The notes under the pieces were generated by a model that did no database searches, was not told the origin of the DNA, and saw only the letters and a program-made list of their open reading frames with translations. The position numbers and the translations under genes are program-made. Below are positions 39,296 through 51,364 of a stretch of DNA of 64,000 nt, piece after piece. The stretch covers positions 32,001-96,000 of the forward strand of contig CAWAHW010000002.1 of the NCBI GenBank assembly GCA_963781885.1. Reading direction: 5' to 3'. This DNA is from an uncultured Spirochaetota bacterium. Lineage in GTDB: Bacteria; Spirochaetota; Spirochaetia; SZUA-6; Fen-1364. Numbering within the stretch: the first letter of the stretch is position 1; each line of letters begins with the position of its first letter.

Positions 39296-42200
39296 CGGTC
39301 TCACGCTCCGGGTCTGCCGCCATTGCACGCATGAAGCGCGGGCCGCCCTGCGCGAAGACGGGATCGATGACGTCGCCATTTCTGCATGCTCCGGTGAGTG
39401 CATTTCCCGGAAGAACGGGCACGAGGACGGGCCCGATACCGCCGAGGTGGGAATATGCCAGGCGCTGCCCCCGCACGACGTGGGGGAGGGGCCCGCCGCA
39501 GTCCGGGATTTCGGCATCGGGCATTTCCTCTCTTTCATTGCGCCTCCGCCTTTGATCAGCGCACAAATCGCCCGGGGCGCCTATGTCGTGACCCCCGGGT
39601 GGCTGGATGACTGGCGCCGCCGCCTCGAGGAATGGGGTTTCGACCAGACGACAGCCCGGGACTTTTTTCACGAATTCAGCCGCGCCATCATCCTGTTCGA
39701 TACCTTCATGATGCCGGAAGCGGGCGCACGTCTTCGTGAGATGGGAAAATATCTTGCCCTGCCGACAGAAACCGTTCCCGTGGGCATCGATCATTTCCGG
39801 CTCGCCATGCGATCCCTGATTCAGGATTGGCGGCTTCGCAAGGCCATCGCCGCATCCGTCGATGCCGGCCAGCGCAGCGCGCAGAAGCTTTCCGCTCATG
39901 CCATGGCAATGGACATGACGAGCAGGCTGACCCGGATGATGAGCGAGGACGACACAGTCACGGCAATCAAGGAGTCGTGCGCGATGCTTTTTGGAGCGCG
40001 TGCCGTGCATTTCGAGAAAAACGGCGGCGAGCCGGATGCCCGCTTACCGGTCGCGCTCGATCCGGGTGTTGACCATCGGGAGACCGCGGCGGGTTTTGTC
40101 CTGCGTGTTGCCCACCTCGGCGAGACGCTGGGGTTCCTGGTCGTCGACGAGGTTGCGCTGCCCCAGCATCGGGCCGCCTATCTCAATCTGGCTCTTGACC
40201 TCGTTGCCGTCTGCGGCCTGGCAATCCACAACGCGCGGTCCGTCGCGAAGATCCGGGAAACCGAGCAGGCACTGCAGGCGGCGAAGCTGGCGGCCGAGGC
40301 GGCGAATGCATCGAAGAGCATGTTCCTCGCGAACATGAGCCACGAGATCCGCACTCCCATGAACGCCGTCATCGGATTGTCGGACCTCGCGCTGAAGACC
40401 GACCTCACCCCGCGGCAGAGGGACTACGTCGGAAAGATCCACAACTCCGGCATCTCGCTGCTCGGGGTCATCAACGACATCCTCGACTACTCGAAGATCG
40501 AGGCGGGTCGTCTTTCGATCGAGCATGTGGATTTCACCCTGGATGAGTTGATGGACAACCTGATCGCGATCACCAACCACGGCGTCAATGCGAAAGATCT
40601 GGAGCTCATCCTCGACGTGGCCCCCGACGTGCCGCAGAACCTCGTGGGCGATCCCCACCGTCTCGCGCAGATCTTCACGAACCTCGTGAGCAATGCGACG
40701 AAGTTCAGCGAGAGCGGGAACGTGGAGGTGAAGGTCGCCTGTCTCCAGCGGACGGGGGAAAAGGTGAAGCTGTGCTTCGGCGTGCGGGACAGCGGCATCG
40801 GCATGACGGAGGAGCAGGCCGCGCGGCTGTTCACGCCCTTCACGCAGGCGGACGCCTCGACGACGCGGAAGTACGGTGGGACCGGCCTGGGGCTCAGCAT
40901 CTGCAAGAGGCTCGTGGAGATGATGAGCGGTCAGATCTGGGTGGAGAGCGCCCCGGGAAGAGGGAGCACGTTCACCTTCACCGCCTGGCTCGACCTCGGC
41001 GCGGGGAAGGGACAACGGGAGCATGTCCTCCCGTCGACACTCGCCGGCCTTCGGGTGCTGGTGGTGGACGACAACCCCGTGGCGCGCGAGATCATGCAGA
41101 GCACGCTTGTGTCCCTGCGTTTCCGCGTCGAGATCGCCCGCTCGGGCGAGGAGGCCGTGGACGCCGTCGAGCGCGCGGACGGTGACGATGCCTTCGCCCT
41201 GGTGCTCATGGATTGGAAGATGCCCGGCATTGACGGCATCGAGGCCACCGCGCGGGTTCTCGGCGATGGGCGCCTGCGGCACGTGCCCGTTGTCTTCCTG
41301 CTCAGCGCGTCCGGCGGAGGAGAGGGGGAGCGCGAAAGGGCCCTGGCGGTCGGGGCCGCGGATTTTCTGGCGAAACCCATCACGGGGTCGACCCTGTTCG
41401 ACGCGATTGTGAGGACATTCGCGCCCAGTCTCGTGCCCGCGCGGACGGGCCCGTCATCGGATCCCGCGGAGATCCAGGACATGAAGGGCGCGCGCGTGCT
41501 GCTCGCGGAGGACAACGGGATCAACCAGCAGATCGCGACGGAGCTCCTCGAACGCGCGGGGATGGAGGTGGTCACGGCGGACAATGGCCTCGCCGCGCTG
41601 GAAGCCATGGCACGGGAGGGTGACCGCATCCACCTCGTCCTGATGGATATCCAGATGCCGGTGATGGATGGTTACGAAGCGACACGTCGGCTGCGCGCGC
41701 AGGCGCGGTTCGCCCGGTTGCCCATCATCGCCATGACGGCTCACGCGCTGGAAGAGGAAAGGCAGAAGGCCCTTGAAGCGGGAATGAACGACCATATCAG
41801 CAAGCCCATCGACCCGAAGGCCATGTTCGAAACGATCCGTCGCTTCCTTCGCACAGCGGATATCCCCACGACGCGCGTGCGCATCGCGCCGCCGCGCGTC
41901 GACGAGGCGGCATTTCCGGCGATCCGCGGCGTGGACGTCACGACCGCGCTCACGCGGCTGGCCGGCAACCACCGACTCTACCGCGGCTTGCTGAAGGAGT
42001 TCGTCGAAAAGCAGGCAGGCTGCGCGCGGGACATCGGGGAGGCCCTCCTCCGGGGCGACGTGAAGCATGCCGAGATCCGCGCGCATACCATGAACGGGAT
42101 CGCGGGCAACCTCGGCGTGGACGCCGTGCATGCCGCCGCCGCGGAGCTGGAAAGGCTGCTCCGTGAAAAGGAATCGCCGCAGGTGATCGAAGCGGGACGT

Positions 42201-42560
42201 GTCCAACTGGAGACGATCCTTCGCGAGGCGCTGGACTCGATCCGCGCGGCGCTCGCTGAGACGGAACGACTCCCCCCGCGCGCCGATTCCGGACCTTCCC
42301 TCGAGGACCCGGACGCCGCGCTCTCCGTCCTGGTGCGTATGATCCAGGAAAGCGACAGCGAGGCGTTGGAGGTATTCGAATCGCAGCATGCATTCTGGGT
42401 GAAAACAGCGGGCCCCGAGGAAACGAAGACGGTCGCCGACCTGCTGCGGGGATACGATTTTCCCGCGGCACTCTTGCACGCGCAGGGGCTTCAGCGGCGC
42501 CTTCGCGCATTGGGGAGACCGGTCGTGGGCGCCGCCGAGAGGGACAAGGAAAATGGGTGA
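39288..42560 (+). CDS. cytoplasmic hybrid histidine kinase with N-terminal DUF1638-like domain (GAF-like/HisKA/HATPase/REC/REC/Hpt)
   Basis: Cys-containing N-terminus with [13 protein letters not shown]...FDT, then [25 protein letters not shown], two REC domains and an Hpt [12 protein letters not shown]. Confidence 0.9.
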   Translation: MPDGLTLRVCRHCTHEARAALREDGIDDVAISACSGECISRKNGHEDGPDTAEVGICQALPPHDVGEGPAAVRDFGIGHFLSFIAPPPLISAQIARGAYVVTPGWLDDWRRRLEEWGFDQTTARDFFHEFSRAIILFDTFMMPEAGARLREMGKYLALPTETVPVGIDHFRLAMRSLIQDWRLRKAIAASVDAGQRSAQKLSAHAMAMDMTSRLTRMMSEDDTVTAIKESCAMLFGARAVHFEKNGGEPDARLPVALDPGVDHRETAAGFVLRVAHLGETLGFLVVDEVALPQHRAAYLNLALDLVAVCGLAIHNARSVAKIRETEQALQAAKLAAEAANASKSMFLANMSHEIRTPMNAVIGLSDLALKTDLTPRQRDYVGKIHNSGISLLGVINDILDYSKIEAGRLSIEHVDFTLDELMDNLIAITNHGVNAKDLELILDVAPDVPQNLVGDPHRLAQIFTNLVSNATKFSESGNVEVKVACLQRTGEKVKLCFGVRDSGIGMTEEQAARLFTPFTQADASTTRKYGGTGLGLSICKRLVEMMSGQIWVESAPGRGSTFTFTAWLDLGAGKGQREHVLPSTLAGLRVLVVDDNPVAREIMQSTLVSLRFRVEIARSGEEAVDAVERADGDDAFALVLMDWKMPGIDGIEATARVLGDGRLRHVPVVFLLSASGGGEGERERALAVGAADFLAKPITGSTLFDAIVRTFAPSLVPARTGPSSDPAEIQDMKGARVLLAEDNGINQQIATELLERAGMEVVTADNGLAALEAMAREGDRIHLVLMDIQMPVMDGYEATRRLRAQARFARLPIIAMTAHALEEERQKALEAGMNDHISKPIDPKAMFETIRRFLRTADIPTTRVRIAPPRVDEAAFPAIRGVDVTTALTRLAGNHRLYRGLLKEFVEKQAGCARDIGEALLRGDVKHAEIRAHTMNGIAGNLGVDAVHAAAAELERLLREKESPQVIEAGRVQLETILREALDSIRAALAETERLPPRADSGPSLEDPDAALSVLVRMIQESDSEALEVFESQHAFWVKTAGPEETKTVADLLRGYDFPAALLHAQGLQRRLRALGRPVVGAAERDKENG

Positions 42561-43818
42561 GACAAAAATGCTCGTAAGCAGGAGGAGGCGCTTTTTTCCC
42601 GGCGTCCTGCTGTTCCTCATGCTCGTCGCACAAAGCACGGCGGCTGCCGCGCCCCTCCTGTTCCTCTCCACGCAGCTCGCACCCGTTGCCGAAGCCACCA
42701 TGATGCGCCAGCTCATTCTCAAGGACTTTCCGCTCTCCGTGGATTTCGAGCCCTACGACCGGGCGATATACAACACGCGGGTGACGAGCCTCGTCTCGCA
42801 CCCCGGCGGCGCCGCGGTCCTGGGGGGTGTGCAGGAAGAGTTTCTCGACATGGACCGGGCGGGCGCTTTGGAAAGCCTGGATGGCCTTTGGCCGACTTTG
42901 ACCGGGCGGACATTCCTCCCGGGGCTGACGGGGAGGAGATTGTCGGGCACTGATCACGTCTCCTTTGTCCCCTGGATGCAAGCGACATACCTCATGGCCG
43001 CCAATAAACGCGCCATTCCCTATCTTCCCAAGGGCGCGGACCTGAACCGGCTGAGCTACGAAGAGCTGAAGGAGTGGGCGGCCGCCATGTTTCAGGCAAC
43101 GGGAAAAGGAAAACTGGGCTTTCCCGTCGGTCCGAAAGGGCTGATGCAACGATTCGTGCAGGGATTCCTCTATCCTTCATTCACCGGAAGCATGGCGGAC
43201 GATTTCGCGGGCCAGAATGCCGTTTCCATGTGGCGGTACATGAGCGATCTCTGGCAATACGTGGCCCCTTCTTCGCTGACGGCGAACCGCATGGACGAAT
43301 CGCTGCTGAACGGCGAGGTCTGGGTCGCCTGGGATCACACGGCGAGACTCCTGGAGGCGTTCAAGGAACAACCCGATGATTTTATCGCTTTCCCCGCGCC
43401 CATCGGACCGCAGGGTCGCGGCTTTATCTCCGTCCTGGCAGGGCTTGGCATGCCGAAGGGATCGTCCTCTTCAGCAGGGGAAAAGCTCATCGAGTATCTC
43501 ACCCGGCCTTCCGTACAGCTCCAGACGATGGAGAGCGTCGGCTTCGTGCCCGTGGTGGAGATCGGCGCGGACGAACGGTTCTCGGAAGGTCTTTCCAAGC
43601 TTGTCAATGCCACCGTCGAACAGGTGAGCTCTTCGAACGCGATTCGCAGCTCGGTGCCCCTGCGAAGCGCGGACGCCGGCAGGAGCTTCGACCTCGTTTA
43701 CGCGGTTGCATTTTCACGCATCGTGCTTCGGAGTGCGGGCATCCAGGAGGTCCTGGCGAGACAGGAGAAGATGCTGCGCGCAATAGAGACGGCCGATCGG
43801 CCGGCGGGTGGCCCATGA
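42553..43818 (+). CDS. sugar-type extracellular solute-binding protein (orphan)
   Basis: Signal peptide with [40 protein letters not shown] and LIEYLTRP. No permease or ATPase gene is adjacent. Confidence 0.85.
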   Translation: MGETKMLVSRRRRFFPGVLLFLMLVAQSTAAAAPLLFLSTQLAPVAEATMMRQLILKDFPLSVDFEPYDRAIYNTRVTSLVSHPGGAAVLGGVQEEFLDMDRAGALESLDGLWPTLTGRTFLPGLTGRRLSGTDHVSFVPWMQATYLMAANKRAIPYLPKGADLNRLSYEELKEWAAAMFQATGKGKLGFPVGPKGLMQRFVQGFLYPSFTGSMADDFAGQNAVSMWRYMSDLWQYVAPSSLTANRMDESLLNGEVWVAWDHTARLLEAFKEQPDDFIAFPAPIGPQGRGFISVLAGLGMPKGSSSSAGEKLIEYLTRPSVQLQTMESVGFVPVVEIGADERFSEGLSKLVNATVEQVSSSNAIRSSVPLRSADAGRSFDLVYAVAFSRIVLRSAGIQEVLARQEKMLRAIETADRPAGGP

Positions 43819-46800
43819 AAAACCTCTCCGCGCGGTCCGTCGTCCTGCTCTTCGTGGTGTTCGCGTGCGTCATTGTCGGCGGCGGCGGGTACGTCTGGTC
43901 TCACTTGCGCGCCGCCGAAAAGGACCTGCGGGAGTCCAAGTTCGCGGCGGAGACGAACCTTTTTCCCCTCGTGCAGGAGACTGTCAACTTGCAGGCCGCG
44001 CTTCAAGCATTCATCCTCGATCCATCATCCGCGAACCGGGAGCAGCTCATCTTCTCTTCGGACGTCGTCTTTTTCCAGACGCATTCCGCTCAAAGCAATG
44101 TGCTTCCCTCGGCGTCGACGGATGCCCAGGTGACGGTGACGGACCTCCAGCAGGTTCTTGCGATACTTGAATCTCTCCTTGTCACGCCACAGATACAAAA
44201 GGATGTCCTCGCGGCCCTTCAGAACCGGCTGGACAACACGTTCGTGGCGCTTCAGAACGCCTATCTCGCCTCCAGCGACGCGGCAATGCGACAGTATGAG
44301 AACCAGATCTCTCAATTCAGCTCCCTGCGGTTCATTACAATGGTCGTCATGGCGCTCTTCGGGCTTTCCCTGGCCATTGCGGGGTTGCTCGTGTACACCC
44401 AGCGTCGGGCGATCATCCAGATATCCGAGGCAACATCGTCGGAAAAGAAGCAGCGGGAGCGGCTGAATCTCGCCATACAGGGCGGAGGGCTCGGCTACTG
44501 GGAAAGTGACGTGTCGACGGGACGCATGACGGTCAATCGCCGGTGGGCGGAGATATACGGATTTACAATGGCAGACATCGAGGATGCCTGGCAGACCCTG
44601 CGGGAATGCCTCCATCCCGACGACCGTGATCGCGTCCTCGAGATCAACGCGGAGCTCCAGAGGGGCGCGCGATCGGAGTTTTCCATCGAATACCGGGCGT
44701 TCATCAACGGTGGGGAGATGCGGTGGATGTCGGCCAATGGATCCATCATTGAGACGGACGATCAGGGAAATCCGAAGACCGTTGCCGGCACGGTGATGGA
44801 CATCACCAGCCGCACGCTCGCGCAGGAGGCCATCGAGAAGGCCCGGCAGGCCGCGGAAGATGCCAACAAGTCCAAGAGCGATTTCCTGGCGAACATGAGC
44901 CACGAGATCCGCACGCCGATGAACGCGGTCATCGGATTCTCCGACCTTGCCCTGAAGACCGAAATGACGCCGCGGCAGAAGGACTATGTTTCCAAGATCC
45001 ACAATGCGGGGGTGTCCCTTCTGGGGCTCATCAACGACATCCTTGACTTCTCCAAGATCGAGGCGGGCCGCCTGGAGATCGAGCGCGTCGATTTCTCCAT
45101 CGAGGAGGTGCTGGACGCGGTTGCCTCTGTCGCCAGCCAGGGTGCGTTCGCAAAGGGGCTGGAGTTCCTCCTGAACATCTCGGATGCCATCCCCTCGGTG
45201 CTCGTCGGCGATCCCCACAGGCTTGGCCAGATTCTCATCAATCTGGTCGGCAACTCGGTGAAGTTCACGGAGACGGGCGAGGTGGAGCTGCGCGTGACCC
45301 TCAACGAGAGGACGGGCGACAAGGTGAAGCTGCGCTTCTCCGTGCGCGATACCGGCATCGGCATGACCGCCGAGCAATGCGCGAAGCTTTTCCGGCCCTT
45401 CACGCAGGCCGACAGCTCGACGACACGGAAGTACGGGGGCACGGGCCTCGGCCTGAGCATCGTGCGGCGTCTCGTCGAGATGATGAGCGGCCAGATCTGG
45501 GTGGAGAGCGAGCCGGGGAAGGGCACCACCTTCGTGTTCACGGGCTGGTTCGACCTGAGCGCGAAGGAAAAGCAGGGCCTGCGCTCTTTGCCCGCGATGC
45601 TGGAAGCGATGCACGTCCTGGTGGTGGACGACAACGTCATGGCGCGCGAGGTGATGAAAAACGTCCTCCAATCCATGCGATTTCGCGTGCACGCGGTCTG
45701 CTCGGGGGAGGAGGCGGTGGAATCCGTGGCGCGCTTCGATGCCGAGGATCCGTTCGGTCTGGTCGTGATGGACAGGAAGATGCCCGGCATGGACGGCATC
45801 GACGCCACGAGGAGGATCGTGAAGGGTGACCTGGTGAAAAGCGTGCCGGCCGTGCTCGTGGTGAGCGCGTCAGGCGGGGGGGATGAGGAACGGGAAAGTG
45901 CCCGGGAGGCCGGCGCCGCGGACTTCCTGACAAAGCCGGTCACGGCGTCCTCATTTTTCGATGCGATCATGCGGGCATTCGCGCCCGATCTTCTTCCCAA
46001 GGAGGTCGTGATCCCCACGAGGACCCCGGGTGTACGTGCACTGGAAGGCGCCCGGATACTCCTGGCCGAAGACAATGAGATCAACCAGCAGATCGCCTCC
46101 GAGCTTCTCACCGCCGCGGGTGTGGACGTGATCGTCGCGAAAACGGGCTGCGAGGCCGTGGACATGCTGACGCGCGGCGCCGGCAGATATGACATGGTCC
46201 TGATGGACGTCCAGATGCCCGAGATGGATGGATACGAAGCCACCCGGCGCATCCGGGCGGACGGCCGATTCGCCGACCTGCCCATCCTTGCCATGACCGC
46301 GCACGCCTTCATGGAAGAGAGGCAAAAGGCGATGGAAGCGGGCATGGACGACCACATCAGCAAGCCCATCGATCCCCAGGCCATGTTCGAGACGCTGCGC
46401 CGCCACTATCGGAGCGCGCGCGCCCCGGCTCCACGGACACCTCCCACCGTCGCCGCCGAGCCGGTGAGCGTTCCTGAAATCCCGGGCATTGACGTGCAGG
46501 GAGGGATCGGACGGGTCGCCGGTAACCGCAAGCTCTACCGGGATCTTCTGGAAAGGTACGTCGAGGGGCAGCGCGATTCGGCCGACAGGGTCCAGGAGGC
46601 GCTTGCGAAAGGGGATGCGGCCCTCGCGCAGCGGATTGCACATACAACGAAGGGGGTGTCGGGCAACATCGGAGCGGCCGACGTGCAGGCCGTTGCCGGC
46701 GAGCTGGAACAGTCGATACGAAAGGCGGAAGACCGCACCGGGGAGATCATCGAGCGTTTTTCAACGGTCCTGGATGCAACATGCCAGCGGATACGGTCGG

Positions 46801-47078
46801 CCCTTGGCGAGACCTTGGGGCCGGTGAAAAAGATGGAGTGTCCTGATCCCGATCCCTTCCCGGTGAAGGATGCATTGAAAAAGCTCACATGGTTCGCGGA
46901 AGAGAGCGACAGCGAAGGCTTCGAATACCTGGAATCGATTCGAGGGCAGCTTGCCGCGGCGCTTGCGCCTGAGGATCTCCATGATCTGGAGGAGGCGCTA
47001 AAAGCCTACAATTTCCCGGCGGCCCTGGGAACGCTGCGGCGACTCTCGGAAGGGGCACACGATGGAAATGCGCGCTGA
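43815..47078 (+). CDS. membrane hybrid histidine kinase (periplasmic/PAS/HisKA/HATPase/REC/REC/Hpt)
   Basis: Two TM helices, PAS (LHPDDR), [14 protein letters not shown], two REC domains and an Hpt [12 protein letters not shown]. Confidence 0.95.
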   Translation: MKNLSARSVVLLFVVFACVIVGGGGYVWSHLRAAEKDLRESKFAAETNLFPLVQETVNLQAALQAFILDPSSANREQLIFSSDVVFFQTHSAQSNVLPSASTDAQVTVTDLQQVLAILESLLVTPQIQKDVLAALQNRLDNTFVALQNAYLASSDAAMRQYENQISQFSSLRFITMVVMALFGLSLAIAGLLVYTQRRAIIQISEATSSEKKQRERLNLAIQGGGLGYWESDVSTGRMTVNRRWAEIYGFTMADIEDAWQTLRECLHPDDRDRVLEINAELQRGARSEFSIEYRAFINGGEMRWMSANGSIIETDDQGNPKTVAGTVMDITSRTLAQEAIEKARQAAEDANKSKSDFLANMSHEIRTPMNAVIGFSDLALKTEMTPRQKDYVSKIHNAGVSLLGLINDILDFSKIEAGRLEIERVDFSIEEVLDAVASVASQGAFAKGLEFLLNISDAIPSVLVGDPHRLGQILINLVGNSVKFTETGEVELRVTLNERTGDKVKLRFSVRDTGIGMTAEQCAKLFRPFTQADSSTTRKYGGTGLGLSIVRRLVEMMSGQIWVESEPGKGTTFVFTGWFDLSAKEKQGLRSLPAMLEAMHVLVVDDNVMAREVMKNVLQSMRFRVHAVCSGEEAVESVARFDAEDPFGLVVMDRKMPGMDGIDATRRIVKGDLVKSVPAVLVVSASGGGDEERESAREAGAADFLTKPVTASSFFDAIMRAFAPDLLPKEVVIPTRTPGVRALEGARILLAEDNEINQQIASELLTAAGVDVIVAKTGCEAVDMLTRGAGRYDMVLMDVQMPEMDGYEATRRIRADGRFADLPILAMTAHAFMEERQKAMEAGMDDHISKPIDPQAMFETLRRHYRSARAPAPRTPPTVAAEPVSVPEIPGIDVQGGIGRVAGNRKLYRDLLERYVEGQRDSADRVQEALAKGDAALAQRIAHTTKGVSGNIGAADVQAVAGELEQSIRKAEDRTGEIIERFSTVLDATCQRIRSALGETLGPVKKMECPDPDPFPVKDALKKLTWFAEESDSEGFEYLESIRGQLAAALAPEDLHDLEEALKAYNFPAALGTLRRLSEGAHDGNAR

Positions 47079-48183
47079 CAATCAGAAAAGAGCGACCGTG
47101 CTGATCGTGGACGATGCGCCCGACAACATCGCCCTCCTGAGCTCTCTCCTGCGGGGAATCTACCGGACGAAGATCGCGATCGACGGCGCGAAGGCCCTCC
47201 AAATCGTTTTTTCCGGCGATCCGGTCGACCTGATCCTTCTCGACGTCATGATGCCGGGGATGGACGGATACGAGGTGTGCCGTCGTCTGAAGGCAGACCC
47301 CCGGTCCGCGGACATTCCGGTGATCTTCCTCACGGCCCTGACTCGCATCGAGGACGAGCAGAAAGGGTTCGAGCTCGGCGCGGTCGACTTCATCGCGAAG
47401 CCGGTGAGCCCGCCGATCGTCACGTCGAGGGTCAAGACACATCTCCAGCTGAAGAGCGCCCGTGACTACCTGGTGGACAAGAGCGACTACCTCGAGAAGG
47501 AGGTCGCCCGCAGGACGCACGAGATCAGCATCATCCAGGACGTCACGATGGTCGCGCTGGGGTCGCTCGCGGAGACGCGGGACAACGAGACGGGAAACCA
47601 CATCAGGCGTACGCAGCGCTACGTGAAGGTGCTTGCCGAGAAGCTGAAAGATCACCCCCGGTTCTCCGACTTTCTGACGCCTGAGACGATCCAGCTTCTC
47701 CACAAATCGGCGCCGCTTCACGACATCGGAAAGGTGGGCATCCCCGACAATATCCTGTTGAAGCCGGGAAAGCTCACCCCCGACGAGTACGCGATCATGC
47801 AGACCCACGCGGAGATCGGCCGCAACGCGATCATGGCGGCGGAAGCGGGCCTGGATACACCCACCTCGTTCCTGCGCCTTGCCCGGGAGACCGCCTGGTC
47901 GCATCACGAGAAGTGGGACGGCACGGGATACCCGCAGGGCCTCTCCGGGGACGACACGATGATCTCCGGGCGGATCATGGCCGTCGCGGACGTCTATGAC
48001 GCGCTGATCAGCAAGCGCGTCTACAAACCGGCGTTCTCCCACGAGCATGCGTCATCGATCATCAAGGAGGGAAGCGGGACCCAATTCGACCCCGACATCG
48101 TGGATGCGTTCATGGAGGAATCCGCCCAATTCAGGGAGATCGCCTTGAAATATGTCGATTCGGAAGGAGCAGGTGTTTCATGA
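47062..48183 (+). CDS. REC + HD-GYP c-di-GMP phosphodiesterase (RpfG-like)
   Basis: REC, then [31 protein letters not shown] and ADVYDAL. Confidence 0.95.
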   Translation: MEMRADNQKRATVLIVDDAPDNIALLSSLLRGIYRTKIAIDGAKALQIVFSGDPVDLILLDVMMPGMDGYEVCRRLKADPRSADIPVIFLTALTRIEDEQKGFELGAVDFIAKPVSPPIVTSRVKTHLQLKSARDYLVDKSDYLEKEVARRTHEISIIQDVTMVALGSLAETRDNETGNHIRRTQRYVKVLAEKLKDHPRFSDFLTPETIQLLHKSAPLHDIGKVGIPDNILLKPGKLTPDEYAIMQTHAEIGRNAIMAAEAGLDTPTSFLRLARETAWSHHEKWDGTGYPQGLSGDDTMISGRIMAVADVYDALISKRVYKPAFSHEHASSIIKEGSGTQFDPDIVDAFMEESAQFREIALKYVDSEGAGVS

Positions 48184-49283
48184 AAAATGAAAAAAAAGTC
48201 GTCCTCGTTGTCGACGATGCCCCGGAGAACATCGCCACGCTGGATGCCATCCTCAAGGAGACCTACCGTGTGAAGGCGGCGACGGACGGAGAGGTCGCCC
48301 TGGCGATCGCGTGCGGCGATCCTCCTCCCGACCTGATTCTCCTCGACGTCATGATGCCCGGCATGGATGGGTTCGAGGTATGCCGCAGGTTGAAGCAGAA
48401 CGGCGCGACCGCGAAGATTCCGGTCATCTTTGTGACGTCCAAGGACGACGTATCCGACGAATCGACGGGCTTTGCCGTCGGCGCCGTCGACTATGTCGTG
48501 AAACCCGTGAATCCGCATCTGGTGCGCGCCCGGGTGAAATCCCACCTCGCCTTGAAGGAGGCTTTGGAGGAGATGGAGGGCCAGAACGAGATCCTGCGGG
48601 AGAACGTCCGACTCCGGGAAGAGGTCGAGGCAATCAACAGGCACGATCTGAAAAACCCCCTGATGATCGTGATGAACGTTCCCCAGGTGATCCTGGCCGA
48701 GGCGCACCTGACGGAAGGCCAGCAGAAGCTTCTGCGGATGGTGGATGAGGCGGGACGCAGGATGCTCGAGATGATCAACCGCACCATCGATCTCTACAAG
48801 ATGGAGCGCGGCACGTACGCGCTCAAGCCCGCCCCTGTCGACATCCTTTCCATCGTCGGACAGATCGTGGCGGCGTTACGAGGCATGTTGGAAGAGAAAG
48901 GTCTCACGTGCGAGATCGCCGTGAATGGAAACGCCGCCCGCGCGGGGGCTTCCGTCATGGCCAGGGGCGAGGATCTCCTTGTCTATTCCCTTATCGCGAA
49001 TCTCCTCAAGAACGCGGCCGAAGCCTCTCCACAGGCGGGGCGCATCTCGATCCATGTTGAGGAAGGCCAGTACGCCAAGGTTGCGATCCACAACGCGGGG
49101 GCAATCCCGGCGAGCATCCGCGGGCGATTTTTCGAGAAGTTCGCCACGGCGGAGAAAAAAGGGGGAACAGGTCTGGGCGCCTACTCGGCAAAACTGATCG
49201 CGCGGACGCTCGGCGGATCGATCGACGTCGCAACCTCGGACGAATCGGGAACCACCGTGACGGTATTTCTGCCGCGGGCGTAA
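48180..49283 (+). CDS. REC-histidine kinase hybrid
   Basis: REC, RHDLKNPL, NLLKNAAEAS and GGTGLGAYSA. Confidence 0.93.
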   Translation: MKNEKKVVLVVDDAPENIATLDAILKETYRVKAATDGEVALAIACGDPPPDLILLDVMMPGMDGFEVCRRLKQNGATAKIPVIFVTSKDDVSDESTGFAVGAVDYVVKPVNPHLVRARVKSHLALKEALEEMEGQNEILRENVRLREEVEAINRHDLKNPLMIVMNVPQVILAEAHLTEGQQKLLRMVDEAGRRMLEMINRTIDLYKMERGTYALKPAPVDILSIVGQIVAALRGMLEEKGLTCEIAVNGNAARAGASVMARGEDLLVYSLIANLLKNAAEASPQAGRISIHVEEGQYAKVAIHNAGAIPASIRGRFFEKFATAEKKGGTGLGAYSAKLIARTLGGSIDVATSDESGTTVTVFLPRA

Positions 49284-49292
49284 ATGGAAACG

Positions 49293-50411
49293 CTAGACCC
49301 GGGGCAGCGTCACGGTAATCGTGGTTCCCTCTTCCTCGGAGGTCGCGAACCGCAGGTCGCCATTCATCGTGCGGATCATGAGCCGAGCGGAATAGGCGCC
49401 CAGGCCGGTTCCTCCCTCCTTGCCTGCCGTCGTGAACTTGTGGCAGAACCGGCCGCGGATCTGCAGAGGAATGGAGCCGACGTTATGAATGGCGATCGAA
49501 GCGACGTCCGCCTCTGCCAGGGTAACGGAGACCCGGCAGCCCGGAGGAGACGCTTCGAAGGAGTTCTTGACGAGGTTGGCAAGCGCGGAATAAAGGAGCA
49601 GCTCCTCTCCCATGACGGGAAACGTGTCACCCGGCGCGAAGGGTCGCCCGCGGATGCTCACGTCGACGGACAACCCCTTGCTTTCCGACATCTCGTGGAA
49701 AGCCGTCATGATCTGATCGATGGCGCGCATGGCATCGACGGCCACGGGGGTGAACGCGTAGGTGCCCATTTCCATCTTGTAGAGATCGATGGTCCGATTG
49801 ATCATTTCCAGTATCTGGCGACCCGCGGTCTCCACCATTCCCAGAAGCTTCTTGTCGCCTTCGCTGAGTTCCGCGCTCGCCAAAAGCACGGGGGGGATGT
49901 TCATGATGATCATCAACGGGTTTTTCAGGTCGTGCCTGTTGATCGCTTCGACCTCCTCCCGCAGGCGGACATTTTGCAGGAGCACCTCGTTCTGCCTTTC
50001 CAGATCCTCCCGCGCCCGCTTCAGGTCGAGGTGCGCCTTCACACGGGCTCTCACGAGGAGAGGGTTGACGGGCTTCACGATGTAATCCACCGCCCCCACG
50101 GCGAAACCCAGGGACTCGTCGGAAGCCTCGTCCTTCGAGGTGACGAAGATGACGGGAATCTTCGCCGTCGCGGAGCTCTGCTTCAGTCTCCGGCAAACCT
50201 CCACCCCGTCGATGTCCGGCATGATGATGTCGAGAAGGATCAGGTCCGGCGGCGGATCGCTTCCCGCGATCGCGAGCGCGACCGCACCGCCGGTTGCCAC
50301 GCGCACGTGGTATTCTTCGTGGAGAATCTCGTTCAAAATGCTGATGTCATCCGGAACGTCCTCGACCACGAGGACGGTCGGCTTCACAATTCGCTCACGC
50401 GCATCGGCCAT
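49293..50411 (-). CDS. REC-histidine kinase hybrid, paralog of 48180-49283
   Basis: REC, EEVEAINRHDLKNPLMI, NLVKNSFEAS and GGTGLGAYSA. Confidence 0.93.
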   Translation of the reverse strand: MADARERIVKPTVLVVEDVPDDISILNEILHEEYHVRVATGGAVALAIAGSDPPPDLILLDIIMPDIDGVEVCRRLKQSSATAKIPVIFVTSKDEASDESLGFAVGAVDYIVKPVNPLLVRARVKAHLDLKRAREDLERQNEVLLQNVRLREEVEAINRHDLKNPLMIIMNIPPVLLASAELSEGDKKLLGMVETAGRQILEMINRTIDLYKMEMGTYAFTPVAVDAMRAIDQIMTAFHEMSESKGLSVDVSIRGRPFAPGDTFPVMGEELLLYSALANLVKNSFEASPPGCRVSVTLAEADVASIAIHNVGSIPLQIRGRFCHKFTTAGKEGGTGLGAYSARLMIRTMNGDLRFATSEEEGTTITVTLPRV

Positions 50412-50596
50412 TCTTCCTCCCGCGCGGCGTCCACCTCGCCCGCGATCGCGATCGTCCCCGCATCGCGACCTGGCGAACATCATATGGCAGCCGACCGCCG
50501 TTGTAAACGGTTCGCGTCTCCGTTGCGTTCCAGGGTCACAACGACTATGATGTTCAGGACGGCACCGCATATCGCTTTCGCCACCGCGGGAGGCGG

Positions 50597-50990
50597 ATGC
50601 TCATGATCGAAACGTCGGGAAAGAAACGCATTCTCGTGGTCGACGACGAGCCGCAGAATATCGTCGTCATGCGGGAAATCCTCAAATCGGACTACACAAT
50701 CATCGCGGCGACGGACGGGATGAAGGCGCTTTCTCTCGTGCAATCCGCGACGCCCCCGGACCTCATCATGCTGGACATCGTGATGCCCGGGATCGATGGA
50801 TACGAGGTGCTCCGACGACTCCGCGCGAGCCCGCGCACGGCGGGTTTGCCCGTGATCTTCGTGACGGCGATGGACGCGATCGACGACAAGATGACCGGGT
50901 ACGCATTGGGGGGCGCAGAACTACGTCACCAAGCCTCTTGACGCCCCGTTCGTAAAGAGCGTCGTACGCAGGTTGTTAGGCCCTGGATGA
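50597..50990 (+). CDS. single-domain response regulator; frameshift near 50920
   Basis: ILVVDDEP, LDIVMP and VIFVTA. After one extra base the frame continues YVTKPLDAPFVKSVVRRLLGPG-stop. Confidence 0.85.
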
Positions 50991-51007
50991 GCGGGAAGGA
51001 CGGACGC

Positions 51008-51355
51008 GTGGCAAAATCCCTTCTTGTGATCGACGACGAACTCATGATTCTGGATGCCATCAAGGTCATATTCGAGGACATGGGATACGAGGTGCATGTC
51101 ACCTCCGATCCGGTCAAGGGCACGGAAGAGGCGCTCTCCCGGGATTTCGACCTGATCGTTACCGACATCCGCATGCCATCGCGCAATGGCGCCGAGATCG
51201 CGGAGGCGGTTCTTGCGCAGAAGCCGGCCGCCCGGATTCTCGTGATCACCGCCCACGCAAACGACCCGCTTGCGCAGCGCGCCATCCTTGCGGGCGCGGT
51301 CGGCCTTTTGAAAAAGCCGTTCGAGATCGCAAAGATACTCGATTTCCTTTCGTAA
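51008..51355 (+). CDS. single-domain response regulator
   Basis: LVIDDE, TDIRMP, VITA and KKPF. Confidence 0.92.
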   Translation: MAKSLLVIDDELMILDAIKVIFEDMGYEVHVTSDPVKGTEEALSRDFDLIVTDIRMPSRNGAEIAEAVLAQKPAARILVITAHANDPLAQRAILAGAVGLLKKPFEIAKILDFLS

Positions 51356-51364
51356 GGCGCGACG

